Positions 50,201 to 59,917 of a stretch of DNA of 64,000 bases are shown here, in pieces. The position numbers and the translations under genes are program-made. Below the pieces are notes generated by a model. The model was not told where the DNA came from. It saw only the letters and a list, made by a program, of their open reading frames with translations, and made no database searches. This stretch comes from a bacterium. Its GTDB lineage: Bacteria; SM23-31. Location of the stretch: positions 1,344,001 to 1,408,000 of the forward strand of contig OZ252239.1 of the NCBI GenBank assembly GCA_965249485.1. Direction: 5' to 3'. Every line of letters begins with the position of its first letter. Position 1 is the stretch's first letter.

Positions 50201-50294
50201 AACAGTAGAGATCCCTGCGGTCAATAGGAAATTAAATGAATACGGAGCGCCATTTCTGGATCCTGGTTCAATTATTGAATTATCCGACAGATGA
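47202..50294 (+). CDS. Secreted VPS10/BNR beta-propeller protein with C-terminal coiled coil
   Basis: FRNIGPAIMGGRI, multiple Asp-boxes, YGGLQDNG, GTHGRS. Confidence 0.9.
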   Translation: MIMKRMQFNGLIFVTYIIVLLTIAQPGDLPAQNESELLESTANNLHFRNIGPAIMGGRIDDIAVVESDPYTIYIGTAAGGLWKTVNNGVTWRPIFDDQKTSSIGAVSIAPSNPEILWVGTGEANNRQSSSWGSGVMKSYDGGATWKHTGLEDTHHIGGIAIDHTDPDVVFIAAAGHLWGPNEDRGLYRTLNGGDSWEKVLYIDDDTGCIDVKMDPSNNKIIYAAMYQRRRRGWGFIGGGSGSGLYKSIDGGSTWKQLTNGLPNGDTGRIGIDIYLKDPNVVYTTYENKNGGIFRSEDKGESWVKMSDTNPRPMYYSTIRIDPNNDQRIWVLGARMYTSIDGGKTFVTDVVSRIHGDHQALWIDPANSDHMIVGSDGGIYFSYDKGIAWDFINTLPLAQFYEIGYDMREPYNVYGGLQDNGSWQGPSATKNRIGITNDDWFTVGGGDGFYTQVELTDQELLYLESQNGELMFFNLNTKESKFIYPEPGDGEESYRFNWNSPIVVSSHNSDIIYFGGNRLFRSEDKGINWTRSKDLTKQKDRKELPFMGMLPDENSLSLNDGTNSYGDIITIAESPMTQGVLWIGTDDGNVQLTRDDGATWTDMTEKFPDLPDDTYVSRIAASNFDESRAYVTFDGHRNNDFKSYVYVTDNFGRAWRSINSGLPEGGTVNVIREHHRNPNLLFIGTEREAYFSINRGSSWTRFNNIPVVPVDDIAIHPRENDLILGTHGRSIYILDDITSLELLTEDVLSREMFLFPVRDAERFQFYNGKPSPGFKIFTGENPEFGALITYYLNTHLDTDDEVLININDDTGSIRTLKGSKVKGFNRIAWDLRSESLDDDSRAPFVLPGDYTIELSVKGMKETAAVRVKLDPRISVTMADLRAQRSAALKIHKLEVISSSAVEKIKDLQNQVTEISESEKSPQVPGSVSDDIRLLSDNLQNLTTQLRREGQENSDRSILRLIGNLEENINGYTAAPTSRRLEQIRSLEIKVDSILDNLNRIITVEIPAVNRKLNEYGAPFLDPGSIIELSDR

Positions 50295-50525
50295 AGGTAA
50301 CAACAAGTCCGCTATTAATCTGATCCACTAAAAATACCTTAACGCAGGGTACTAAATGTATTAATTGAAGTCGGATAAATGTATCGAGCATGGCTATATT
50401 AAGCGATGCCATGATTTTTCTAGTGCACTTTATTTTCATTACATTATATAATGGCCTATTTTTAACCTGAACACCTAATTTGTTTAAACACAGGAAATGC
50501 TGAATTTGCCAATTTGGAGACTGAT

Positions 50526-51944
50526 ATGAGTAAGCAAAACTTTGGAATGATTGGATTAGGTGTCATGGGGCGAAATCTTACCATGAATATCGAAAGAAAT
50601 GGATTCTCGGTTGTGGGATTTGATAAAGATATAAACAAAGATAATACTGCTCTAAAAGATTTTGAAGGGAAAAACATTATTGTAACGGAGTCGATAGAAG
50701 AATTTCTCAAGAATCTTGAAAAACCGCATATTATAATGATACAGGTGCCCGCAGGAAACCCCGTAGATTCTGTAATAGGTGATCTCAAACCGCATTTATC
50801 TCGGGGTGATGTAATAATCGATGGTGGTAACTCTTTTTTTAAAGATACAAACCTGAGAAATGAAGAATTGAAAAAGGATGACATTCTTTATATAGGAGCC
50901 GGAGTCAGTGGAGGTGAAATGGGTGCACTGTTCGGCCCATCAATAATGCCGGGGGGAAATCCTGATGCATGGTCGAAAGTTAAACCTATTCTTCAAGCAA
51001 TATCCGCTAAAGTGGATAACGGAACGCCATGCTGCGACTGGATTGGTAGTGGTGGAGCCGGGCATTTTGTCAAAATGGTTCACAACGGCATTGAATACAG
51101 CGATATGCAGATGATTTGCGAAGCATATTTTCTCATGGATAAATTCCTGAAGTTAACTCCCGAAGAAATGAAGGTTATATTTGCAGATTGGAATGAAGGT
51201 GAGTTGAACAGTTATTTGATTGAAATTACCAGTAGAATTATGGCGAAAAAAGATCCCGAAACGGGAAATTCTATGATAAATATTATTCTTGATACTGCCG
51301 GTCAGAAAGGGACTGGAAAATGGACGAGCAAGATTGCACTTGATTTGGGAATTCCTGCACAGACAATCGCCGAAGCTGTATTTGCAAGAACTTTAAGCGC
51401 GGCTAAAGAGGAACGGGTAGCTGCTGCTAAAGAATTAAAGGGCCCGTCGAATACATTTAAGGGAAATAAAAAGGAATTTATCGAAAAAATCAGAAAAGCC
51501 CTTTACGCGTCAAAAATATGCTCTTATGCGCAGGGTTTTCAGTTAATTCGGGCTGCTTCAAAAGAGTATAACTGGGATATAAAGATTGGAAATTTAGCGA
51601 TGATTTGGCGTGGAGGATGCATAATCCAGGCTCAATTTTTGGATAGAATCATAGATGCGTATGAAAGTAATCCGAATATTCCCAATTTACTATTGGATAC
51701 CCATTTCAAATCAGTTATGGAATCGTATCAAAATGCTTGGAGAGACGTTGTTGTTCAAGCTATTAATTTAGGGGTGCCGGTTCCAGCATTCAGCAGTGCA
51801 TTATCCTATTACGACGGTTACCGAAGCAGTCGATTACCAGCAAATTTACTCCAGGCCCAAAGAGACTATTTTGGTGCACACAAGTATGAACGTGTAGATA
51901 GACCGCGAAATCAGTTTTTTCATACAGATTGGTTGAAAGATTAG
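50526..51944 (+). CDS. gnd: 6-phosphogluconate dehydrogenase, decarboxylating
   Basis: GLGVMG, IDGGN, GVSGGE, KMVHNGIEY, QKGTGKWT, QRDYFGAH. Confidence 0.97.
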   Translation: MSKQNFGMIGLGVMGRNLTMNIERNGFSVVGFDKDINKDNTALKDFEGKNIIVTESIEEFLKNLEKPHIIMIQVPAGNPVDSVIGDLKPHLSRGDVIIDGGNSFFKDTNLRNEELKKDDILYIGAGVSGGEMGALFGPSIMPGGNPDAWSKVKPILQAISAKVDNGTPCCDWIGSGGAGHFVKMVHNGIEYSDMQMICEAYFLMDKFLKLTPEEMKVIFADWNEGELNSYLIEITSRIMAKKDPETGNSMINIILDTAGQKGTGKWTSKIALDLGIPAQTIAEAVFARTLSAAKEERVAAAKELKGPSNTFKGNKKEFIEKIRKALYASKICSYAQGFQLIRAASKEYNWDIKIGNLAMIWRGGCIIQAQFLDRIIDAYESNPNIPNLLLDTHFKSVMESYQNAWRDVVVQAINLGVPVPAFSSALSYYDGYRSSRLPANLLQAQRDYFGAHKYERVDRPRNQFFHTDWLKD

Positions 51945-52271
51945 ACCAGTCTTATTAAATTGGTTCTAAAAACAATTTGTGTAAGACTGGTATTTTAATT
52001 AATTTCTTGCAGGAAATCTCATGATTATTGGGACAGATTCATAGGACGATTTGCTTTCCGAAAAAACAATTTTGAACTATGTAAAGAGACTTTCTCTAAA
52101 AGAAAACTTAATAACAAACGTATTCTTGCCATATTGATGAGTGGAAAAACCGTGAAGATGAAGGGGTTTTATTTGTTTCCAAAGCCGGAGAGATTTTATA
52201 TCGGCTCAAAGAAGATCCATATATAAATCGAATCATTAATTTATTATCATGTAGGAAGAGCGTTCAGAAAG

Positions 52272-53561
52272 ATGTCGAATAAAAATGTCATTATAGCCCA
52301 GTCGGGTGGTCCAACAGCCGTCATAAATAACACGCTCCGGGGAATTATCGAAACCTGCAAAATGTTTCCTGACAAGTTTAGTAAAATTTATGGTGGTTAT
52401 CATGGTATCGAAGGGATTCTTAAAGAAGAACTGATCAATATATCTGCTCAAAGTGATGATGAAATTCAATTATTGAGGGCAACTCCTGCTGCGGGACCTA
52501 TTGGTACATGTCGATATAAATTAAAGAATAACCAGAAGGAAGATTTTAATCGAATAATTGAGGTGTTTAAGTCTCACAACATCGGATATTTTTTCTATAT
52601 TGGTGGGAATGATTCTATGGATACTGCTCATAAAGTTGCGCAACTTGCTCACGATCAGGGTCTTGATGTAACAGCAGTAGGTGTTGCAAAAACGATTGAT
52701 AATGATCTTGGTGATTCCGAATTCAAATTGATAGATCATACCCCGGGCTACGGCAGTATTGCGCGGTATTGGGCATATTATATACAAAATGTGAATGAAG
52801 AAAATCTTGGATCGAATCCTTCTGATCCTGTTATGGTGATTCAAGTAATGGGGAGAAAAATTGGATTCATTCCGGCCTCTGCCCGACTTGCCGACCTAAA
52901 TAGAGAACTGCCTCTCCAGATTTATATGCCGGAATCCGGTTTAAGCATTGATGAAGCCACTGATTCAATAAATGATGGACTCAATAAGAACGGGAGAGTT
53001 ATTGTTGTTATTAGCGAAGGATTTGATGTTGGTAGTATTAAGAAAGTAAAAGATTCTTTTGGACATACACAGTATGGTTCAAGTGCAATATCCGCCCAAC
53101 AGCTGTTCGTAAATCATCTCAACTCAGTTGGAATAAATGCCCATGGTTCTGCCCGGGGACAAGTTTCAGGAACTGACCAGCGTAATTCTATGATTTATGC
53201 TTCAACAGTCGATCTTGACGAGTCATATAAAATCGGTCAAAATGCAGTTGTGATTGCAGTTAATCACGGTTCAGGATTTATGTCAACTATTCTTCGCAAA
53301 AAGGGATTTATTTATGATGTCGAATATGATAAGGTGTTGTTAGAAACTGTAGCAAATTCCGAACGGAAATTTCCCGAACACTGGATCGCTTCGAACAGAA
53401 TCGACGTAACGGATGATTTCGTAAAATATGCACTCCCCTTAATCGGTGAGGACTGGGTGAGCATACCTTTAATAAATGGATTGCAGCGATTTACACGGTT
53501 CGAGAAAATATTTGCTGATCAAAAACTACCTCAATACATACCTCAAGCTTATCGACACTAA
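52272..53561 (+). CDS. Phosphofructokinase A family, probably PPi-dependent
   Basis: QSGGPTAVIN, GTCRYK, IGGNDS (Asp at the PPi-specificity position), KTIDND, VMGR, SEG. Confidence 0.88.
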   Translation: MSNKNVIIAQSGGPTAVINNTLRGIIETCKMFPDKFSKIYGGYHGIEGILKEELINISAQSDDEIQLLRATPAAGPIGTCRYKLKNNQKEDFNRIIEVFKSHNIGYFFYIGGNDSMDTAHKVAQLAHDQGLDVTAVGVAKTIDNDLGDSEFKLIDHTPGYGSIARYWAYYIQNVNEENLGSNPSDPVMVIQVMGRKIGFIPASARLADLNRELPLQIYMPESGLSIDEATDSINDGLNKNGRVIVVISEGFDVGSIKKVKDSFGHTQYGSSAISAQQLFVNHLNSVGINAHGSARGQVSGTDQRNSMIYASTVDLDESYKIGQNAVVIAVNHGSGFMSTILRKKGFIYDVEYDKVLLETVANSERKFPEHWIASNRIDVTDDFVKYALPLIGEDWVSIPLINGLQRFTRFEKIFADQKLPQYIPQAYRH

Positions 53562-53595
53562 TATGAATTGAATAGAATTATGGAGATTAATTCCG

Positions 53596-54483
53596 ATGTC
53601 TGATCCTCAGGCTGAATTGAAAGAGCTAAAACCTGAACATGATTTTTTAGTTGCAATAGATTCGGATGGATGTGCTTTTGATTCAATGGAGATAAAACAT
53701 AAAGAATGTTTCATCCCAAATATAGTAAAATTCTGGAATCTTCAACCGGTATCGAAATATGCGCGTGCGGCCGCTGAATTTGTGAACCTGTACTCAAAAT
53801 GGCGGGGAACGAACCGTTTTCCAGCGTTGGTTAAAGTCTTTGAATTACTTAATGATTGGCAGGATGTTAAAAATCGAAATGTTGAAATTCCCTCAATTCA
53901 TTCTTTGATCGAGTGGATTAATAAGGAAACTCTACTAAGTAATCCTCGTTTAAAAGCCGAAGTAGATAAATCAAATGATCAAATTTTAGTTAATGCTTTA
54001 AAGTGGAGCGAATCTGTAAACTCATCAATAGAAGATATTGTCCAGGGAATTCCTCCATTTCCTTATGTTCGTGAAAGTCTGAAGAAAATTAGTCAATGGG
54101 CGGATATTATCGTATGTTCGGCAACTCCTTATGATGCTTTGAAACGTGAGTGGGAAGAACATGCTATTGCTGAATACGTAAAGATCATCGCTGGTCAGGA
54201 AATGGGAAGTAAAAAAGAACATATACATTTAGCCATGAATGGCAAATATGATAAAAATAAAGTTTTAATGATCGGGGATGCGCCCGGTGATAAAAATGCG
54301 GCAAAATTGAATGATGTGCTCTTTTATCCGATTAATCCAGGATGGGAAGAAATATCATGGAAGTTGTTTTTTGATGAAGTGAGTGACACCTTTTTTAAAG
54401 GAAATTATACAAATAAATATGAATCAAGTTTAATCGCTGAATTTGAAAAGCTTCTCCCCGAAATTCCACCCTGGAAAAAATAA
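53596..54483 (+). CDS. HAD family hydrolase
   Basis: DSDG motif I, CSAT motif II, MIGDAPGD motif IV. Confidence 0.88.
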   Translation: MSDPQAELKELKPEHDFLVAIDSDGCAFDSMEIKHKECFIPNIVKFWNLQPVSKYARAAAEFVNLYSKWRGTNRFPALVKVFELLNDWQDVKNRNVEIPSIHSLIEWINKETLLSNPRLKAEVDKSNDQILVNALKWSESVNSSIEDIVQGIPPFPYVRESLKKISQWADIIVCSATPYDALKREWEEHAIAEYVKIIAGQEMGSKKEHIHLAMNGKYDKNKVLMIGDAPGDKNAAKLNDVLFYPINPGWEEISWKLFFDEVSDTFFKGNYTNKYESSLIAEFEKLLPEIPPWKK

Positions 54484-54551
54484 CTCATAACACCATTCGA
54501 AAGCAAAGTCGTAAACGATAGTATCATCATTGCCTAGAAATAATTATTTTT

Positions 54552-55829
54552 TCACCGAGCGAAATATTCCGGTAAAATGAGTACAATATCCGGAAATATA
54601 GCAAGTAATAGAGCTATCACAAACATAATACCCACAAAAGGTAAAACGGTCTTCGAAACACTATGTATTGTTTCTCCGGAAATCGAACATGCAATAAATA
54701 AGGTGACACCGACCGGTGGAGTTGCAAGCCCTATAGCAAGAACGAATACCATTAAAACACCGAAATGAATTGGATTAACTCCAACGTGGACAACAGCAGG
54801 CAATAATATCGGTACCAGTATTATCAATGCGGGAGTAGGATCGAGAAATGTTCCAATCGCTAGTAAGAAAAAGCTTATAAATATCAGTAATATAGTTGGA
54901 TTTTGCGAAACTATGAGAAGTAATTCGACAATTTTTTGGGGAATTTGCTCACTTGCTATTATCCATGCAAAACTATACGAGGTTGCTATGAGTAGCATGG
55001 ACAAAGATGTTTTGACTGCAGTATCAAGAAAGATTGCAGATAGGTTTTTTAGTTTTAGCTTTTTATAGACAAAAAATCCGAGAATGAAACCATAAAACAC
55101 GGCCAGTATTGCAGCTTCAGTTGGAGTAACGATCCCTCCGAATATTCCACCTAAAATTATCAAGGGCATCATAAATGCAATGATTGAGTCCTTGAACGAA
55201 AGGACAATTGATTTCAGGCTCTGTTTTTGTCGTACAGGGTAATTGTTTTTTTTAGCAATAAAATACATTACGAACATGAGAGCAAAACCGACAATAATCC
55301 CCGGAATAATACCTCCCAAAAATAAATCGCCGATTGAAACCGAGCCGACAACACCGAATATAATCATCGGAATGCTTGGTGGAATTATGACTCCTATAGA
55401 ACCGGCTGCTGCCTGTACCGATGTTGCAACAGGTTTGTCATATGAGTTCTTTACCATTGCAGGTATTAATACCGCACCGATTGCAGCTGTAGCCGCTGCT
55501 GCTGCACCACTCATGCTTGCGAAGAGCATCGCAGCCAGTATACATACCATTCCAATGCCGCCACTAATGTGCCCGATTACATTATCTGCAAACTTGATCA
55601 ATTGTGACGATATACCACCATGTTCCATTAAGGAACCGGCAAGCATGAAGAAGGGAAGTGCCATTAACGGAAATGAATCGCATGCGACAAACATGCGCTG
55701 GGCTAACAATGTTAAAGGTATATCGCCAGCAAAAAGCAGTGCAATAAGGGATGTAAGCCCGATCGAAAAAGCTATGGGAACATTAATGGAAAAGAAAAAC
55801 AGAAGACTGAGTACGAGAACAATTTCCAT
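54552..55829 (-). CDS. TRAP transporter large permease (DctM)
   Basis: ALPFFMLAG, IIPPSIPMI, TPTEAA, TPPVG. Confidence 0.96.
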   Translation of the reverse strand: MEIVLVLSLLFFFSINVPIAFSIGLTSLIALLFAGDIPLTLLAQRMFVACDSFPLMALPFFMLAGSLMEHGGISSQLIKFADNVIGHISGGIGMVCILAAMLFASMSGAAAAATAAIGAVLIPAMVKNSYDKPVATSVQAAAGSIGVIIPPSIPMIIFGVVGSVSIGDLFLGGIIPGIIVGFALMFVMYFIAKKNNYPVRQKQSLKSIVLSFKDSIIAFMMPLIILGGIFGGIVTPTEAAILAVFYGFILGFFVYKKLKLKNLSAIFLDTAVKTSLSMLLIATSYSFAWIIASEQIPQKIVELLLIVSQNPTILLIFISFFLLAIGTFLDPTPALIILVPILLPAVVHVGVNPIHFGVLMVFVLAIGLATPPVGVTLFIACSISGETIHSVSKTVLPFVGIMFVIALLLAIFPDIVLILPEYFAR

Positions 55830-55848
55830 AGTATTAGTACCGGGTTAA

Positions 55849-56325
55849 CTAAAAACTCTTATTTTTTTTGAGTGCTGATATAATTTCTTTAATAATATAC
55901 ATGCTCATAATAAATGATGAAAATGGTATTGCAGCATATGGAAAACTCATTGGTATTCTCATAGCAGGAGAATATTGAGTCCAATTTCTTATTGTCAATT
56001 GGACACCTTCAAACATTACCACACCAAGGAAACAAAGTATGAATCCACTACCCATTATTTTGAGAATGTGTTGAGACTTCGGTTTCAATTTTTTAACCAC
56101 CATATCCACACCGAAGTGTGCACTTTTCTTTACCCCTACCGCCGCACCCATAAGAGCAAGCCAAACGAACAGGTACCGCGCCAGTTCTTCTGACCAGGGA
56201 AGCGAATATTTTATGACATACCTGAATAATACCTGCAGGAAGATCACGATACTCATTAACGAAAGAAGGGAAAAAACAAAGTATTCTATAGCATTATCGA
56301 TTTTTCTGAACAATACATTAACCAC
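55849..56325 (-). CDS. TRAP transporter small permease (DctQ)
   Basis: QVLFRY, WSEELARY, HFGVD. Confidence 0.95.
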   Translation of the reverse strand: MVNVLFRKIDNAIEYFVFSLLSLMSIVIFLQVLFRYVIKYSLPWSEELARYLFVWLALMGAAVGVKKSAHFGVDMVVKKLKPKSQHILKIMGSGFILCFLGVVMFEGVQLTIRNWTQYSPAMRIPMSFPYAAIPFSSFIMSMYIIKEIISALKKNKSF

Positions 56326-56412
56326 ATAATTGTTGTATGCACATTTTTTTCTGAATATTAGTAATTTCTGACTTTTTGTGAGTAAAAAACTATATACGAC
56401 ACAATAAGAAAA

Positions 56413-57399
56413 TTATTCAATATTCCTTATTTTTTCAATAAGTGAACTATCAATAATCTCTTTGAAATCGGAATAAACTTCTTCAGATATTTTTCTAAAT
56501 GAGTCTAGAGAAGGGCGGTTAATGATAACTCCTTCTTGCTCAAGTTTCATTAAAGAATCATTAGTCATGTTTTTCACGGTCTCACGCTGGTAATCCCGTG
56601 CAACCACAGCAGCGTTTTGAATGATGGTTTTGTGCTCATCGGATAAACCGTCAAAAAACAGTTTACTCACCATGAACGGTGCGGGATTGTAAAAATGTTG
56701 TGTTAATGTGTAGAATTTTGTTAACTGCCAGAATCCGAATGTGTAAAATGAGTTCGGATCGTTTTCTGCCCCGTCTATAACACCCTGCTGAAGCGCAGAG
56801 AAAACTTCACCCGAGGCCATTGGCGTTGCCTGTGCGCCAAAGGCGTTGAACGTTCCAATGTGGATAGGATTTTCCATTACCCGTATCTTCAATCCTGTTA
56901 AATCGTCAATAGTATTAATCGGTTTTTTTGTGAAAACACTTCTTGTTCCTGCTGACCAGAATGCGAGAATCTTTATGCCGAAATCCTCAGTCTTTAAAGC
57001 AATTTCTTGCCCGACAGGTCCATCCAATACTTTCGCTGCATGTTCATTATCTCGGAATATATATGGAAAATCAAAAACCATCAATTCCGGCACCCAGGAA
57101 CTCAGGGGTGCATTTGATGTGGGCGCTATTTGGATCGTTCCAATTTGTAATCCCTCAATTATGTCCCGTTCATTTCCAAGTTGAGTACTCGGATATATGT
57201 TAACTTGTATCTCATTATTTGTCTCAGTTTCAACAATACTCTTGAATTTTAGCAATCCAAGTTGAAAAGGATGATCGATCGCTGTAACATGAGCGGCTTT
57301 CAGGATTATTGTACCATCATTTGAACTACAGCCAATACCGATGACAAAAAAGAGAATTACCACTAACAGCATCGATTTTACAAATTGGGATTTTATCAT
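56413..57399 (-). CDS. TRAP transporter substrate-binding protein (DctP), probable lipoprotein
   Basis: GIGC lipobox-like, QLGNER, GLKIRV (conserved carboxylate-binding Arg), ALQQGVIDGAEN. Confidence 0.95.
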   Translation of the reverse strand: MIKSQFVKSMLLVVILFFVIGIGCSSNDGTIILKAAHVTAIDHPFQLGLLKFKSIVETETNNEIQVNIYPSTQLGNERDIIEGLQIGTIQIAPTSNAPLSSWVPELMVFDFPYIFRDNEHAAKVLDGPVGQEIALKTEDFGIKILAFWSAGTRSVFTKKPINTIDDLTGLKIRVMENPIHIGTFNAFGAQATPMASGEVFSALQQGVIDGAENDPNSFYTFGFWQLTKFYTLTQHFYNPAPFMVSKLFFDGLSDEHKTIIQNAAVVARDYQRETVKNMTNDSLMKLEQEGVIINRPSLDSFRKISEEVYSDFKEIIDSSLIEKIRNIE

Positions 57400-57450
57400 T
57401 CTATCCTCTTGAAAGTTGGACAAAAAAAGTATTGATATTGTAAGATCAGA

Positions 57451-59871
57451 TCATCTTCTGATAACTGTAAGCAGATATTGTTTTCCGAGTTGAGTTTCAA
57501 ACTCAATGGTTGCATTGCTTGATTTTTTTATCGGAACAACCTGGTTGTCAGATCTCACTTCGACATCTCCTTCTACACCAATTTTGCATGTATCGCCTGT
57601 ATTGGAGATTATCGTAGCCGAAGCTAGTTTCCCGTATTTCCATGAGAAGTCCACTTCAAATCCGCCTCGTGCCCTGAGACCTGTAACGGAGCCTTCAGAC
57701 CACTCTTTTGGTAACGCTGGTAGCATTCTGATAATACCATTTTGACTTTGTAACAACATTTCGGCAATAGCCGCTGTAGAGCCGAGATTTCCGTCTATTT
57801 GAAAAGGGTTAAGCTCAGTGAAGAGATTTGGATTAACATTTGAAGCAAGCATTTGCTTAAAGATCGATAATGCACGGTCGCCATTTTGCAGCCGAGACCA
57901 GCAGGCAGCTCTCCAGGCCATGCCCCATGCCATGCGTGGGATGTCACCTCTGCGCTCTAATGATACTTTAGCTGCTTCAGCTAAATCAGGAGTTGATTCC
58001 GGTGAAATCTGAGTTCCCGGAAATAATGCGAACAGGTGGGAAATGTGCAGTTGTTCAGGATCTGGCTCTTCATAATCTTCCATCCATTCTTGCAGCTGAC
58101 CATATTTTCCGATTTTCGCACCTGGTAAGCGCTTCAATGCGGAATTGAGTTCATCTCGAAAATCAATGTCAACATTTAATAGGTTACTTGCTTCAATACA
58201 TTTATTGAACAACTCATTTGTAATTTGAATATCCATTGAAGGTGCCATGCTTATTCTGCCGAATTCTCCATCAGGAAAAAAATATGAATTTTCAGGTGAC
58301 ATTGAGGGACCCGTTACTAAATTTCCATGAGGATCTTCCACAAGATTATCAAGTAGAAACTCCGCCGCTTCTTTCATAACGGGATATGCTTCCCGGGCAA
58401 GAAAATCCCGGTCCATTCCGAAGGCATAATGTTCCCACAGATGAAGACTAAGCCACGCACCTCCCATTGGCCATAGTCCCCATTGCGCAGCACCAACCGG
58501 AGCAGCATTTCCCCAGATATCGGTATTATGATGTGCGACAAAACCTCTCGAACCATACATGATTTTTGCTGTACGACGACCTGTTTCCCTGATAACATTA
58601 ATTAAATCAAACAACGGCAGATGACATTCCTTTAAATTTGTAACCTCAATTGGCCAGTAATTCATTTCCGCATTAATATTTAATGTCCACTTACTACCCC
58701 ATTCAGGATAGAGTTGATCATTCCAAATTCCTTGTAAATTTGCCGGTAATGTTCCTGGGCGTGAAGAGGAAATCAGCAGATACCTGCCGAATTGAAACAA
58801 TAATGCAACCAGTTGTGGATCGTCCTCTTCAAGAGCATATTTAATACGATTATCGGTCGGCCGTTCTATATTTGCAGTTTCACCCAGATTGATTGTCACA
58901 CGATGAAACAGGTTCTGATAATCTGATACATGGTCCTTTTGTAAATTTTCAAAAGTTTTTTCCGAGACATCATCAATATATTTCTTTGTTAATGCTTGAG
59001 GATCACCCTTAATATCATTTCTGTTTTTAAAACTTGTTGCTGCAGCGAATTTCAAGGTGACTGTATTGGCATTTCGTACATGTATCTGATTTTCAGATGA
59101 ATACTTGGAACCGCCTTCTGTTGTTATATGTAATCGACCCTCAAATTTCATCCCTTTTCCATCCCATGTTGCATTCTCAGGCTGGAGAGCCAGACGCTTT
59201 CCTTGCTGGCCAAATAACCGCAACACATTGTTTTCTACTGATTGTGTCTCAGTATCCGGTTGAGGGCTTGTTAGTGATGCATCAAAAGATATTTTTCCGG
59301 GCTCATTACTTGTAAGGCGAATAACAATGACCTGATCAACTGCCGATGAAAAAATCTCACGGGTAAATGTAACACCATCAATTTTATACCTTATTTTTAC
59401 AATTGCCCGGTTGAGATCAAGCTCTCTATGATATTCGGTAAAATTTTGATGTCCGTGAAACTGGAGATAGAGGTCACCTAAAGGTTGGTAGGCGTGAAGC
59501 CGCCTCGGAATACCTATCATAGAGCTGTCTGCCAGCTCAAAAGCATCTTTATGCTTCCCCTCAAATAACAGGCTCCGGATCTTAGGAAGATTTTCCAAAG
59601 ACTTCGGATTATTCCTGTCTACAATGTCACCCGACCAAAATGTGTCTTCATTAAGTTGAATATTCTCTGTTTGAACAGTGCCGTATATCATTCCACCAAG
59701 ACGACCATTCCCAACAGGGAGAGCTTCCGTCCATATTCCAGCTGGTTGTTGGTACCATAGAATGTTGCTTCTAACAATATCGTCAGTCTGAACTGGAGGG
59801 TTCGATAGAACGCTTGCTCCAGTAATAACTATACAATATCCTATGACAAATATTTTGACCAATTTCTTCAT
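57451..59871 (-). CDS. Glycoside hydrolase family 95 (alpha-L-fucosidase/L-galactosidase-like)
   Basis: ALPVGNGRLG, FGRYLLISSSRPG, NLQGIWN, NINAEMNYW, SPEN, GQLQEW, FQIDGN. Confidence 0.95.
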   Translation of the reverse strand: MKKLVKIFVIGYCIVITGASVLSNPPVQTDDIVRSNILWYQQPAGIWTEALPVGNGRLGGMIYGTVQTENIQLNEDTFWSGDIVDRNNPKSLENLPKIRSLLFEGKHKDAFELADSSMIGIPRRLHAYQPLGDLYLQFHGHQNFTEYHRELDLNRAIVKIRYKIDGVTFTREIFSSAVDQVIVIRLTSNEPGKISFDASLTSPQPDTETQSVENNVLRLFGQQGKRLALQPENATWDGKGMKFEGRLHITTEGGSKYSSENQIHVRNANTVTLKFAAATSFKNRNDIKGDPQALTKKYIDDVSEKTFENLQKDHVSDYQNLFHRVTINLGETANIERPTDNRIKYALEEDDPQLVALLFQFGRYLLISSSRPGTLPANLQGIWNDQLYPEWGSKWTLNINAEMNYWPIEVTNLKECHLPLFDLINVIRETGRRTAKIMYGSRGFVAHHNTDIWGNAAPVGAAQWGLWPMGGAWLSLHLWEHYAFGMDRDFLAREAYPVMKEAAEFLLDNLVEDPHGNLVTGPSMSPENSYFFPDGEFGRISMAPSMDIQITNELFNKCIEASNLLNVDIDFRDELNSALKRLPGAKIGKYGQLQEWMEDYEEPDPEQLHISHLFALFPGTQISPESTPDLAEAAKVSLERRGDIPRMAWGMAWRAACWSRLQNGDRALSIFKQMLASNVNPNLFTELNPFQIDGNLGSTAAIAEMLLQSQNGIIRMLPALPKEWSEGSVTGLRARGGFEVDFSWKYGKLASATIISNTGDTCKIGVEGDVEVRSDNQVVPIKKSSNATIEFETQLGKQYLLTVIRR

Positions 59872-59917
59872 TCTTCACTTTATCTCAATGATATTAGAAG
59901 GTCTTAACTACACAGTA

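Noticed and set aside
51990..52230. Open frame without a start between gnd and pfk
   Set aside because: No start/RBS and no recognisable motif, so it cannot be supported as a gene or remnant.
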